DNA of 64,000 nt from Saccharofermentanales bacterium (GTDB taxonomy: Bacteria; Bacillota; Clostridia; Saccharofermentanales; DTU023). The notes below the pieces were generated by a model. The model searched no databases, had not been told where the DNA came from, and worked only from the letters and a program-made list of their open reading frames with translations. Each line of letters starts with the position of its first letter. The first letter of the stretch is position 1. This document shows, piece by piece, positions 9,582 through 19,462 of the stretch. The translations under genes and the position numbers were made by a program. The stretch spans positions 19,290 through 83,289 of the forward strand of contig JBMNTA010000005.1 of assembly GCA_050945495.1 (NCBI GenBank), written 5' to 3'.

Positions 9582-10424
9582 GTGCTAAGTAAATTTGATT
9601 ATGTCAAACCGCTTGCACTGGATGAAGCCTTGGATGTATTGGCGCGGGACGACGCGACCTACATTCTGGCGGGCGGCACCGATCTGTTGATCATGCTTCG
9701 CCACAACATCATCGATGCAAAGCACATCCTTGACATCAAAGGGATCCCCGACCTCGACGTGTTTGAGTACGTCGAAGGCAAAGGGCTCACCATTGGCGCC
9801 AACGTCAACGTCAATGAGATCGCGGAATGCGATGTCGTCAAAGAGAAGTATCGCGCACTCCACGACGCGGCCTCGGTTTTGGCCTCGTACCAGTTGAGAA
9901 ACCGCGCGACCTTGGTCGGCAATATCTGCAACGCCTCACCCGGCGCCGATTTGCCCCCGTCGCTCTTGATCTACGACGGCGTCGTCAACATCGCCAGCGC
10001 TCGCGGAGAGCGGAGCCTGCCGATCAACGAGTTCTTCACCGGCGTGAAAAAGAACGCCCTGGAAAAAGACGAACTCGTCGTTTCGGTCTTCCTCCCCGAC
10101 CCCGGTAAGGGAGATAAGAGTTGCTACAAACGTCAGACGCGCTTGAAGGGCCACGACCTTTCGTCGGTCGGCGTTGCCTGCCGCATCGACGGCGAAGGCA
10201 AAGCGGCCATCGGCATCAATGCCGTGGCGATCACGCCCCTGCGTCTCACAGAACTCGAAGAAGGTCTCAACGCCAAAGGTGTCAACGATGCGTCGATCGA
10301 ATGGGCGGCCGAAGAAATCAAACATCATATTCGACCGATCTCCGACGTTCGTGCTTCGAAAGAATACCGCTTGCACATGGCAGGCGTGTTGCTCAAGCGC
10401 TGCTTGAAGCAACTGGTAGGTTAG
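9582..10424 (+). CDS. Xanthine dehydrogenase family FAD-binding subunit
   Basis: LAGGTDL, QLRNRATLVGNICNASPGAD, PISDVRASKEYR; RBS AAGGAGG before GTG. Confidence 0.92.
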   Translation: MLSKFDYVKPLALDEALDVLARDDATYILAGGTDLLIMLRHNIIDAKHILDIKGIPDLDVFEYVEGKGLTIGANVNVNEIAECDVVKEKYRALHDAASVLASYQLRNRATLVGNICNASPGADLPPSLLIYDGVVNIASARGERSLPINEFFTGVKKNALEKDELVVSVFLPDPGKGDKSCYKRQTRLKGHDLSSVGVACRIDGEGKAAIGINAVAITPLRLTELEEGLNAKGVNDASIEWAAEEIKHHIRPISDVRASKEYRLHMAGVLLKRCLKQLVG

Positions 10425-10436
10425 GAGGCCAAGCGT

Positions 10437-10982
10437 ATGACGACCCAAGATAAAAAATTGTGTGCCATGGAACAGGCCCACATCGAATCGGAACAGCGCC
10501 ACGTGGTTCTGTCGTGCACCGTCAACGGCCAACCCGTGGTCGAATCGATCGACCCGACGATGCTGCTGTTGCACTTCTTGCGCGATAAACTCAATTTGAT
10601 GGGCGCGAAAGAAGCGTGCGGCGAAGGCGAATGCGGCGCGTGCACCGTGATTCTCAACGGCAAAGCCGTGACCTCGTGCCTCGTTTTGGCGATTGAAGCC
10701 CAAGGCGGCGAAGTGCTGACCGTCGAAGGCCTGTCGAAATTTGGCCAACTCAGCATTCTCCAACAAGAATTCATCGCCGTCGACGCGTTGCAATGCGGGT
10801 TCTGCACCCCCGGCATGTTGATGTCGGCCCGTGCCCTGCTCGATCGCAACCCCGATCCTACCGATGAAGAGATCAAAGAAGGCATGGCGGGCAACCTCTG
10901 CCGCTGCACCGGCTACTTGCAGATTTTCAACGCAGTGAAACGCGCTGCAAAACGCGAGAGAGAGGAGTTGAACCGTTCATGA
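10437..10982 (+). CDS. Xanthine dehydrogenase family (2Fe-2S) subunit
   Basis: CGEGECGACTV, QCGFCTPG, GNLCRCTGY. Confidence 0.95.
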   Translation: MTTQDKKLCAMEQAHIESEQRHVVLSCTVNGQPVVESIDPTMLLLHFLRDKLNLMGAKEACGEGECGACTVILNGKAVTSCLVLAIEAQGGEVLTVEGLSKFGQLSILQQEFIAVDALQCGFCTPGMLMSARALLDRNPDPTDEEIKEGMAGNLCRCTGYLQIFNAVKRAAKREREELNRS

Positions 10983-13393
10983 CCCATCAAGAACATTTAG
11001 AGCAATTTACCTATCAAAAACATGGCGACTATACGTCGCAGTATAAACATGTCGGACAAGGGTACGAGCGTAAGGACGCGACCGAAAAAGTGACGGGCCA
11101 AGCCCGCTACACATTCGACCTGAAGCTGCCCGGCATGCTGTACGGCAAGACGCTCCACTCCCCGTATGCACGGGCGAAGATCGTCAAAGTCGACGCGAGC
11201 AAGGCCGAGGCGCTGCCCGGCGTTCGCGCCGTTCTGCACGGCCAAAGCTGCTCCGTTTTGGTCGGCCTGTACATGCAAGACAAACGCATCATCGCATGCG
11301 ATGAGACGCGCTACCAAGGCGAAGTCGTCGCGGCCGTCGCCGCCGACACGGAAGCCATCGCGGAAGAAGCCATTTCGCTCATCGACATCGAATACGAAGT
11401 CTTGGAACCCGTGCGCACCATCGACGACGCGTTGAAGGCCGACATCCTCGTTCACGAGGACATCGCGGAACTCAAGCACACCGTGGGCGTCTTCTTCCCG
11501 CAAGCCAACTCGAACATCGCCAGCTTGAACAAGGCTTGCCGCGGCGTTCCCGAGGAAGGGTTCGAAGAAGCCGACATGATCGTCGAAAACGAATTCTCCC
11601 TGCCCGCCGTCGCGCACGTGCCGCTCGAAACGCACGTCGCGATCGTGGAAGCCGATCCTTACACCAATCGCATCAAGATTTGGTCCTCGGCACAGTCGCC
11701 CTTTGCCCTCCGTCAGATGATGGCCGACAGCTTCGGTGTCAACGAGTCGGATATCGAAGTGCACATTCCCTTCGTGGGCGGCGGCTTCGGCGGCAAATCC
11801 GGCATTCACCTGGAACCGCTCGGCACCATCTTGTCGCGTGCCTGCGGCGGCGCTCCGGTCAAACTGAGAATGACGCGTGAGCAAGAGTTCAACTACATGC
11901 CCACCCGTGCCGGGATGCGCGGTCACATCAAGTCCGGCGTCAAGAAGGACGGCGAAATCACCGCCACGTCGATTGTGTACGACTGGGATTCCGGCGCGTA
12001 CGCCGACTACGGCGTCAACGTCGGCAAGACGGCCGTCTACGGCGGCCTCGGCCCGTACGACATTCCGAACGCATCCATCGTCTCCAACACGATTTACACC
12101 AACAAGGTGTTCAGCACCGCGTACCGCGGCTTCGGTCACTTGGAGACCCTGTGGACGATCGAGCGTCAAACCGACATCCTGTCGCAGAAGCTCGGCATCG
12201 ACCCGTACGAGTTCCGCATGAAGAACTTGCTGCGCCCCGGCTCGAGAACGATCTCGGGCGAGCTCGTCACCGAAAGCACCGGAAGCCCGACCGACTGTCT
12301 CACGGCCGTCGTGAAGGAAATCGGCTGGACGGGACGCAAATCCGAAGAAGAACGCAGAGAAGAGTGGAAGACCGGTAAGGTGCGCGGCAAAGGCTTCGCC
12401 ATGATTCAAAAAGCACCGGCCATGCCTCCGAACACCTCGTCTTCCGTCATCATGCAAATGTGCGGCGACGGCCACGTCAAGATGATGATCGGTGCCATCG
12501 ACTACGGTCAGGGCGCCCTCACGGCCATGGCGCAAATCGCGGCGCAAGAGCTCGACATTCCGATTGAAATGGTCGAAACGATTCGCCAGACGAACACGGA
12601 AACGAACCCCTACGACTGGAACACGGTCGCCTCGAAATTCACCTGGATGGGCGGCAACGCCACCATTCGGGCGGCGCGCAACATGGTCGCGCAGATGAAA
12701 AACATCGCGGGACAAGTTCTGCACGTCGCGCCCGAATTTTTGGCGCACAAGGACGGCTACATTTACAGCCCGCACCGCCCCGAACTCCGCATTGCTTACA
12801 AAGACATGGCGCTCGGTTACATGTACCCCGACGGCAAAGGCATCGGCGGTCCGTTGATCTCGCACGGCATTTGCATGGCCGACGGTTTGACGAACCTCGA
12901 CTCCGAAACGGGTCAAGGCCTGCCGGCCGCGGCATGGACCTTTGGCGCGCACGCCGTTGACATCGAAGTCGACGTCGAATCGGGCAGCATTCACATCCTG
13001 AAGGTCGCGTCGGCCTTTGACTTGGGTCAAGTCATCAACGAACGCTTGGTCTACGGCCAAGTCATCGGCGGCGTCATGCAGGGCATCGGCTCGGCGATCC
13101 TCGAGGGCTACAAGTTCAGCGACGACAACGTCCTCCTGAACCCCTCGTTCACCGACAACAAGATCCCGACCATGAAAGACATGCCGGATGAAATCGTTCC
13201 GATTTACATCGAGAACCCGCAGTACAACGGTCCGTTCGGCGCCCGCGGTGTCGCGGAGCACACGATGATTGCCGTGCCTTCGGCCATCGGCAACGCGCTC
13301 TACGACGCGCTCGGCATCAACTACTACCACTTGCCCTTGACGCCCGAAAACGTGGCGCTCGGCATTCTGAGCGGTAAGAAGGACTATAAGTAA
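10979..13393 (+). CDS. Xanthine dehydrogenase family molybdopterin-binding subunit (substrate unknown)
   Basis: KVTG, GGGFGGK, AYRGFG, DYGQG, GARGVAE motifs. Confidence 0.93.
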   Translation: MTHQEHLEQFTYQKHGDYTSQYKHVGQGYERKDATEKVTGQARYTFDLKLPGMLYGKTLHSPYARAKIVKVDASKAEALPGVRAVLHGQSCSVLVGLYMQDKRIIACDETRYQGEVVAAVAADTEAIAEEAISLIDIEYEVLEPVRTIDDALKADILVHEDIAELKHTVGVFFPQANSNIASLNKACRGVPEEGFEEADMIVENEFSLPAVAHVPLETHVAIVEADPYTNRIKIWSSAQSPFALRQMMADSFGVNESDIEVHIPFVGGGFGGKSGIHLEPLGTILSRACGGAPVKLRMTREQEFNYMPTRAGMRGHIKSGVKKDGEITATSIVYDWDSGAYADYGVNVGKTAVYGGLGPYDIPNASIVSNTIYTNKVFSTAYRGFGHLETLWTIERQTDILSQKLGIDPYEFRMKNLLRPGSRTISGELVTESTGSPTDCLTAVVKEIGWTGRKSEEERREEWKTGKVRGKGFAMIQKAPAMPPNTSSSVIMQMCGDGHVKMMIGAIDYGQGALTAMAQIAAQELDIPIEMVETIRQTNTETNPYDWNTVASKFTWMGGNATIRAARNMVAQMKNIAGQVLHVAPEFLAHKDGYIYSPHRPELRIAYKDMALGYMYPDGKGIGGPLISHGICMADGLTNLDSETGQGLPAAAWTFGAHAVDIEVDVESGSIHILKVASAFDLGQVINERLVYGQVIGGVMQGIGSAILEGYKFSDDNVLLNPSFTDNKIPTMKDMPDEIVPIYIENPQYNGPFGARGVAEHTMIAVPSAIGNALYDALGINYYHLPLTPENVALGILSGKKDYK

Positions 13394-13441
13394 ACACACG
13401 GCTTGACGCTCGCGTTTCGTCGCGAGCATCTCCGATGATCC

Positions 13442-13476
13442 TGTCCGCGACGGCCTGACCGTCGCGGACATTTTTT
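13442..13476 (+). terminator. Intrinsic terminator of xdh-type operon
   Basis: TGTCCGCGACGG-CCTGA-CCGTCGCGGACA-TTTTTT. Confidence 0.88.
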
Positions 13477-13498
13477 ATGCGAAAATATTCTGAGATCG

Positions 13499-14032
13499 TC
13501 AGGACGGCATCGTCGCCCGAGGTTGCGTCACCCGAACCACGCGGCGACCGACGGCCCATGCCAACAGCGCTTTCAAGGCATCCCCGGGCAAAAAGATCAC
13601 CATGCCCGTCATCAACAGCTCGCGAAAGCTCAGGACCTTGCCCATGTACACGCGAAGGATCCACGCCATGTAGGGCAGCCCGATGACGTAGAGGGCAAGC
13701 GACGCGAGGACGATGACCGCCCCTTCAAGCCAAGCGCGTCCGCGAACGCGCGGCATGACGAGCGCCATCAAAGGCGCGACGACGACAAACGCGATGACGA
13801 AGCCGAAGGCCGGCGACAGGACGGCGGCGCCGCCGACGATCAACTTGAGCGCCAGATGCAGCAGCATCGCAAAGAAGGCCTCCCACGGACGAAGCACCAG
13901 TCCCGCCATGAGGACGCCGAACGTCTGCAAGGTCACGGGCACCGGCCCGACGGGAATGCGAAACAAGCCGAGCACGAAGGTGAGCCCGCCTAGGAGCGCA
14001 GCCCACGTCATGGAAGCGACGGAACGTCTCAT
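13499..14032 (-). CDS. bioY: Biotin transporter BioY
   Basis: PVPVTLQTFGV, FLPGDALK; ATGA overlap with birA stop. Confidence 0.88.
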   Translation of the reverse strand: MRRSVASMTWAALLGGLTFVLGLFRIPVGPVPVTLQTFGVLMAGLVLRPWEAFFAMLLHLALKLIVGGAAVLSPAFGFVIAFVVVAPLMALVMPRVRGRAWLEGAVIVLASLALYVIGLPYMAWILRVYMGKVLSFRELLMTGMVIFLPGDALKALLAWAVGRRVVRVTQPRATMPS

Positions 14033-15000
14033 GGCCGATCCTCCCAGTCCGCGATGCGCACTTCGCCCGACGTCACCTCGACCGGGACACCGCCCCGCCG
14101 ATAGCACAGGGCACCGTCGTCGGAGATGGATTCCGGGATGACGGTCTCGCCCGAGTCGAGCGTCACGCGGCGGCCCAAAACAAAGCACCGTTCGCGATAG
14201 GCGTCGAGGTAATCGCGCGACGGCAGGCGGTCGAAGATGTCGCCCAAGGCGTTGACAATGTCGGCCGCCAAGCGATTCCGATCGATCGTGACGTCGGGAC
14301 CGTAGAGCGCTCCGGCGATGTCACGGAGCGCGTCGGGGAAGCCGCCTTTTGGGGCGTTCACGTTCAGCCCGATGCCGATCACGACGGCATCGATGTCTCG
14401 GGTCTCCAAGGTCGTCAACGCTTCGGTCAGAATGCCGCCGACTTTGCGTCGCCCCACATACAGATCGTTCACCCACTTGATCCCGACGTCGGGCGCGTTC
14501 GGCGAGCTGCGTTCCAAGGCGCTGCAACCGGCGACGGCCGCCATGGTCGTGACGAGCGTCGGCGGGACGTCGTGGTCCCATCGGACGCCGAGGGACATGT
14601 ACAGGCCCGTGCCGTGCGGCGAAAAGAAGGTACGGCCGCGTCGTCCCCGTCCCGCCGTCTGCGTTTCCGCGACGATGAGGCAGGGCCGATCGTGTGACGT
14701 CCACCGCGCTTTCATGACGTCGTTGGTCGAACGAACCTCGTCCAGGACGATGACCTCCGTGGTGCGCCAACGCTCGGCGAGCGCGCTTTCGATGCCGGCG
14801 ACCGAGAGGTCGGGCGAGGCGGCGGTGAGCCGATACCCTTCGTTCGGGATGCCATCCACCGCAAAGCCGTCACGTCGGAGACGTTCGACCGCTTTGCCGA
14901 CGGCGGCGCGACTGACGCCCGCCCGATCGGCCATGATTTGCCCCGATACGGGCCGGGGCGCCTCGCGTAAACACTTCAAAACAAACGATGCGGTATCCAT
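14029..15000 (-). CDS. birA: Bifunctional biotin ligase/repressor BirA
   Basis: N-terminal HTH (SGQ..GVSRAAV), QTAGRGRRGR, IKWVND, KVGGIL, GIGLN. Confidence 0.93.
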   Translation of the reverse strand: MDTASFVLKCLREAPRPVSGQIMADRAGVSRAAVGKAVERLRRDGFAVDGIPNEGYRLTAASPDLSVAGIESALAERWRTTEVIVLDEVRSTNDVMKARWTSHDRPCLIVAETQTAGRGRRGRTFFSPHGTGLYMSLGVRWDHDVPPTLVTTMAAVAGCSALERSSPNAPDVGIKWVNDLYVGRRKVGGILTEALTTLETRDIDAVVIGIGLNVNAPKGGFPDALRDIAGALYGPDVTIDRNRLAADIVNALGDIFDRLPSRDYLDAYRERCFVLGRRVTLDSGETVIPESISDDGALCYRRGGVPVEVTSGEVRIADWEDRP

Positions 15001-15027
15001 GCGACCATTGTCTTCGGAAACACGTCG

Positions 15028-15060
15028 ATTGTCAACCGTAATTACAGACAGGTTGACGTT
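15028..15060. promoter_or_regulatory. Putative BirA operator (bioO)
   Basis: GTCAACC-N13-GGTTGAC palindrome 30 bp upstream of birA, resembling the known TGTtAAC-N14/16-GTTaACA BirA consensus. Confidence 0.75.
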
Positions 15061-15090
15061 CAACGTTCCCCGCCGCTTTGGTGTATTCTT

Positions 15091-16020
15091 ATGAGTGTCA
15101 TCATGCGGAAGGAGCCTCAAAGATCCATGACCTTTCATCAGCTCAATGTCTTTCGTTGCGTCGTCGAAATGGGGGGTGTCAGCCGCGCCTCGGACCACCT
15201 CGACATTCCGCAGCCGGCCGCGACGCGTGCCATTCGCGCCTTGGAAGAAGAGTTCGGGCTCGAACTCTTCGATCGCAGCGGCAATCGCATGGTCGTCAAC
15301 GAGAGCGGTCAACTGCTCTATGACTTCACGACGCGTCTGTTTCGCATGAAGGCCAAACTCGAGACGGCGATGGAGGCCCGCCGTCAACACGACGACACGG
15401 TCATCTCGATCGTGGTCGAAGCGGCGTCGTCGCGCTTACCGCAAATCTGCACGGCCTTCAGCGAACGCCACCCCGATGCGACGTTTCGCCTGTTGCATCA
15501 GCCGGCGGCCGTGCGCTGGGAGGCCAAGGACTATCATTTGCGCCTCCATTCGACGCGCGAACGCCCCACGGGCGACCACCTCTACGTCTTGGCCGACGAA
15601 GCCATCAAGCTGGCCGTTCAGAGCGACGGGCCGTTCGGCGATCGGACGAGCGTGAAGCTTGCCGAAGTGAAAGACATGGGCTTTGTGAGTTTGTTTCGCA
15701 CGCACGGGTTGCGCCAAATCACCAACGCGTACTGCGCCATTGCGGGCTTTCAGCCGAAAATCATTTTCGAAACCGACAACACGACGACGGTCTTTCGCTA
15801 CGTCAACGCAGGGCACGGCATCGCGTTTATCCCCGATCTGACGTGGCCCAAACAGCGCGAAGGCGATGAGCAAGTGCATCTCATCGCCATCACGGAGCCG
15901 GTATGCCGGCGTTACATCAATTTAAGCACGCTCGAACCGAGTGATCTCACCCGGTACGAGCGGCTCTTTGTCGATTTTTTAATCGAATCGTTTCAAACGA
16001 TCCAAGCACACAACGCTTAA
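15091..16020 (+). CDS. LysR family transcriptional regulator
   Basis: SRASDHLDIPQPAATRAIRALEEEFGLELFDR HTH; true start may be the Met at about 15127. Confidence 0.9.
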   Translation: MSVIMRKEPQRSMTFHQLNVFRCVVEMGGVSRASDHLDIPQPAATRAIRALEEEFGLELFDRSGNRMVVNESGQLLYDFTTRLFRMKAKLETAMEARRQHDDTVISIVVEAASSRLPQICTAFSERHPDATFRLLHQPAAVRWEAKDYHLRLHSTRERPTGDHLYVLADEAIKLAVQSDGPFGDRTSVKLAEVKDMGFVSLFRTHGLRQITNAYCAIAGFQPKIIFETDNTTTVFRYVNAGHGIAFIPDLTWPKQREGDEQVHLIAITEPVCRRYINLSTLEPSDLTRYERLFVDFLIESFQTIQAHNA

Positions 16021-17498
16021 TCGAGCGCCGGTGCGGACACGGGCGGCCGACGATCGTGCGTCGCCTGTTCGAAGGCGTACGCGATCTCGATCAGGACGGG
16101 CTCGCTGAACGGACGTCCGATGATCTCCAGCCCCACGGGCACGCCGATCGGCGCCTCGGGACTCGGGGCAAATCCGGCCGGCACGGCGATGGACGGGAAG
16201 CCCGTCGACGAGCACAGGACGCCGTTGCGTCCGTTTTGGCTGCCGCCGATCTCGCACACCAACTGTTGCTGGTGCGGATAGACAAACGCGTCCAGGTCGT
16301 GGTCGGCCATGAGCTTCAAGATCTTCGTCTTGAACGCTTCTTGACGCATGCGCTTTTCGTTGTAGCGCGGCGTGCCGATGTCGAGCTTCTTCGCCGTCAA
16401 CATGTTCTCTTCGATGCCCGGATGGTACAGGCCGCTCTCGAGGATGTCGTCCATCGAGTGCACCTTCGCTTCCGGACCGAGCGTTTCGAGGTAACCGTTC
16501 AAGTGCGTCTTGAAGTCATCCAAGTGGACGCTCACTTCCGAAATCATCCACGCGGAATCGAGCTCCTCGTCGATGTCGATCAGGGTGGCGCCGTTCGCTT
16601 CGAAGGCCTTCAACGCTTCGTCCATGACATCGTTCACCGGTTGGTGAATCGCTTTTTTGCCGAAGAACGAGCGCAAGACGCCGATGCGTTTGCCCTCGAG
16701 CCCGTCGCGGCGCAAGTGCTCGGTGTAGTGCGTCGTGTCCTGCCCGTACGCCCACGCGGTCTCATCGTCGTCGGGGTCGTACCCCGCGATGACCTCCAGC
16801 GTGCGAACGCAATCTTCCACGGTGCGGCAAATGGGGCCGGCCGTATCTTGCGTCAAGCTGTACGGCACGATGCCGGCGCGTGAGACGAGGCCCACGGTCG
16901 GACGAATGCCCGCGAGCGAGCACGCCGATGCGGGACTCCGCACCGAGTTGATCGTGTCGGTGCCGATGCCGATGATGCCGATGTTGCAGGCAATCGCGGC
17001 GCCGGTGCCGCCCGACGAACCGCCGGGGGTCCGGGTCGGATCGTACGGGTTCACCGTCTGGCCGAGCATCGAGCTGATCGTCTCGCCCCAGATCGCGAAC
17101 TCGTGCAGGTTCGTCTTCGCCAGGATCAGGGCCCCGGCCTCACGCAAGCGCTTCGTGATGAACGCGTCGTGATCCGGCACGTAGCCTTCGAGCGATTTCG
17201 AACCGGCCGTCGTCGGCATATCGTACGTGTTGACGTTGTCTTTCAACATCACGGGAATCCCGTGCAAGGGTCCCGAAAGGCTCCCCGAGCGCTTCAAAAG
17301 ATCGTCCAAGCGGTCCGCCTCTTCGAGCGCTTTGGGGTTGACCAAGATGATCGCGTTGATCGCGGGCCCTTGGTCTTCGAATGCGTCGATGCGCTTCAGG
17401 TACGCCTCGACGAGCTCGCGGCACGTCAGTTGTCCGTCGAGCATCGCGCGATGCACCTTGGCGATCGTCGTTTCCATCAATTCAAAAGATTGTGACAT
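16017..17498 (-). CDS. Amidase-signature family amidase (possible malonamidase)
   Basis: GPLHGIPVMLKDN, GGSSGG, GTDTINSVRSPAS carry the Lys/cis-Ser/Ser triad; last gene of mdcA operon. Confidence 0.9.
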   Translation of the reverse strand: MSQSFELMETTIAKVHRAMLDGQLTCRELVEAYLKRIDAFEDQGPAINAIILVNPKALEEADRLDDLLKRSGSLSGPLHGIPVMLKDNVNTYDMPTTAGSKSLEGYVPDHDAFITKRLREAGALILAKTNLHEFAIWGETISSMLGQTVNPYDPTRTPGGSSGGTGAAIACNIGIIGIGTDTINSVRSPASACSLAGIRPTVGLVSRAGIVPYSLTQDTAGPICRTVEDCVRTLEVIAGYDPDDDETAWAYGQDTTHYTEHLRRDGLEGKRIGVLRSFFGKKAIHQPVNDVMDEALKAFEANGATLIDIDEELDSAWMISEVSVHLDDFKTHLNGYLETLGPEAKVHSMDDILESGLYHPGIEENMLTAKKLDIGTPRYNEKRMRQEAFKTKILKLMADHDLDAFVYPHQQQLVCEIGGSQNGRNGVLCSSTGFPSIAVPAGFAPSPEAPIGVPVGLEIIGRPFSEPVLIEIAYAFEQATHDRRPPVSAPALD

Positions 17499-17515
17499 TT
17501 ACCTGCTCCCTCCGT

Positions 17516-18679
17516 TTAGCCAAAGAAGCTCAAAAGCAAGCCCGCGGCGACCGCCGATCCGATGACGCCGGCCACGTTCGGGCCCATGGCGTGCATCAAC
17601 AGGAAGTTCGACGGGTTGTACTTCTGCCCTTCTTTTTGGACGACGCGCGCGGCCATCGGGACGGCCGACACACCGGCGGCGCCGATCAACGGATTGATCT
17701 TGCCCTTCGTGAAGAAGCACATGAGCTTGCCGAACAAGACGCCGAAGGCCGTGCCGATCGCAAAGGCCAAGAGGCCCAAGACGATGATCTTGATCGTCCC
17801 GGTCGTCAAGAATGTCTCCGCGGTCGCGGTCGCGCCGACGGTGACGCCCAGGAAAATCGAGACGATGTACATCAAGGAATCTTGGATGGCTTTCACCATC
17901 AACGGGACACGTCCCGATTCTTTCAGCAAGTTACCGAGCATCAGCATGCCGATCAACGCGCCGGCCGACGGCAGCAGCAACACGGTGAAGAGCGTCACGA
18001 CGATCGGGAACAAGACTTTTTCGTGCTTGCTCACGGGGCGCAACTGCTCCATCTTGATCTCGCGTTCCTTCTTGGTCGTCAGGGCTTTCATGATGGGCGG
18101 TTGAATGATCGGTACCAGCGCCATGTATGAGTAGGCCGCAATGGCGATCGGTCCCAACAGATAGGGCGCCAGCCGACTCGTCAAAAACAAGGCGGTCGGT
18201 CCGTCGGCGCCGCCGATGATGCCGATCGAGGCCGCTTCGGGGCCCGTGAAGCCCAAGGCGATCGCACCGATGAAGGTGATAAAAATGCCGATCTGTGCCG
18301 CGGCCCCCAAAAGCAGGCTGCGCGGGTTCGCGATCAGCGGACCGAAGTCCGTCGACGCCCCGATGCACAGGAAGATCAGCGGCGGATAAATCCCCATGGC
18401 GGTGCCTTGGTAGAGGTAGTACAGAAGGCCGCCCGGCTGCGTGCCGAGGGGACCGTCCATCAACCCCGCCAACGGCAAGTTGACGAGCAACATACCGAAC
18501 GCGATGGGAATCAATAAGTACGGTTCGTAATCCTTCTTGACGCCCAAGTAGATGAACAGACAGGCGATCACGATCATGATCAGCCGGCCCGGCACCATCA
18601 CGCCGAACAGCTCCGTATCGAGCGAAAACAGTTCGGCGAACCCGGACGTCTTGAAGAAATCAATTAAGACTTCCCACAT
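17516..18679 (-). CDS. Na+-translocating decarboxylase beta subunit (MmdB/OadB)
   Basis: IGIIGGADGPT, AAYSYMALVP, GVSAVPMAARV, MHAMGPNVAGVIGS. Confidence 0.95.
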   Translation of the reverse strand: MWEVLIDFFKTSGFAELFSLDTELFGVMVPGRLIMIVIACLFIYLGVKKDYEPYLLIPIAFGMLLVNLPLAGLMDGPLGTQPGGLLYYLYQGTAMGIYPPLIFLCIGASTDFGPLIANPRSLLLGAAAQIGIFITFIGAIALGFTGPEAASIGIIGGADGPTALFLTSRLAPYLLGPIAIAAYSYMALVPIIQPPIMKALTTKKEREIKMEQLRPVSKHEKVLFPIVVTLFTVLLLPSAGALIGMLMLGNLLKESGRVPLMVKAIQDSLMYIVSIFLGVTVGATATAETFLTTGTIKIIVLGLLAFAIGTAFGVLFGKLMCFFTKGKINPLIGAAGVSAVPMAARVVQKEGQKYNPSNFLLMHAMGPNVAGVIGSAVAAGLLLSFFG

Positions 18680-18691
18680 GTGACGGCTCCT

Positions 18692-19078
18692 CTACTTGAA
18701 CGAGACGAGCGTCGTTCCGGCGCTGACGACATCCCCTTTGTTGACATGGACTTTGTCGACGACGCCGTCGGTGGGCGCCACGATCTCGTTTTCCATCTTC
18801 ATGGCTTCGATGACAAGGAGCAAATCGCCGGCTTTGACCGTCTGCCCGGGCTCCGCCGCGATCGAGAGGATCGTGCCCTGCAAGGGCGCGGTGACGCCGC
18901 CGCCCACGGGCGCGGGTGCGGGTGCGGGGGCCGGAGCGGCCTTGGGGGCCGGGGCCGCCTTCGGGGCGGGCGCGGCTTTCGGTGCGGGACGCGCCGAGGG
19001 CGCGTCGGCCTTCACTTCTTCGACTTCAACAAAATGTTCAACGCCGTCAATGACGATGCGAAATGATTTCATGGACAT
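18692..19078 (-). CDS. Biotin carboxyl carrier subunit (MmdC-like)
   Basis: EAMKM biotinylation motif; Pro/Ala linker with APKAAP repeats. Confidence 0.95.
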   Translation of the reverse strand: MSMKSFRIVIDGVEHFVEVEEVKADAPSARPAPKAAPAPKAAPAPKAAPAPAPAPAPVGGGVTAPLQGTILSIAAEPGQTVKAGDLLLVIEAMKMENEIVAPTDGVVDKVHVNKGDVVSAGTTLVSFK

Positions 19079-19096
19079 AACAAAATTTCCTTTCTC

Positions 19097-19453
19097 TTAT
19101 GAACGCTGGAGCGAGTCTTCGATGCTCGACGCTTCCCAGCCGGTTAAAGGCGCGCCGCGGCGCTCCACTTTTCGAATGATCAGTTGCGTATCCTCGTCCG
19201 CGTACGCCGCCAGGGCCGCCGCGATGATGGCCACGGTTTCGGCACTCACGCCGTCCTCGACCGCGGGCGCCGGCGGGGGCGCCTGGTCGTTCGCGACCTC
19301 GTCCTTTTCGCGCTTGTTCGCTTTGCGCTTCGCGGCGACGGCCACCAGGTCGATCAAATACGAGATGACCAAGAGGACCAAAAAGACGATGACGATCGAA
19401 AACAACGACAGCAAAAACGCTTGCCAGGCCGTAATGTTGGCAAAATCAAACAT
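19097..19453 (-). CDS. OadG/MmdD family decarboxylase anchor subunit
   Basis: N-terminal TM IVIVFLVLLVI, VAIIAAALAAY, C-terminal Trp motif. Confidence 0.85.
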   Translation of the reverse strand: MFDFANITAWQAFLLSLFSIVIVFLVLLVISYLIDLVAVAAKRKANKREKDEVANDQAPPPAPAVEDGVSAETVAIIAAALAAYADEDTQLIIRKVERRGAPLTGWEASSIEDSLQRS

Positions 19454-19462
19454 GGCAACCCC

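Noticed and set aside
10997-13471. Very long antisense ORFs (e.g. 10997-13471, 19184-21100, 43015-46101, 46699-49857, 60914-62965)
   Set aside because: They mirror well-identified genes, have no recognisable motifs, and are expected from high-GC codon bias that depletes antisense stop codons
18905-18990. Short GC-rich tandem repeats
   Set aside because: They encode the normal Pro/Ala linker of the biotin carrier; no CRISPR-like repeat-spacer structure
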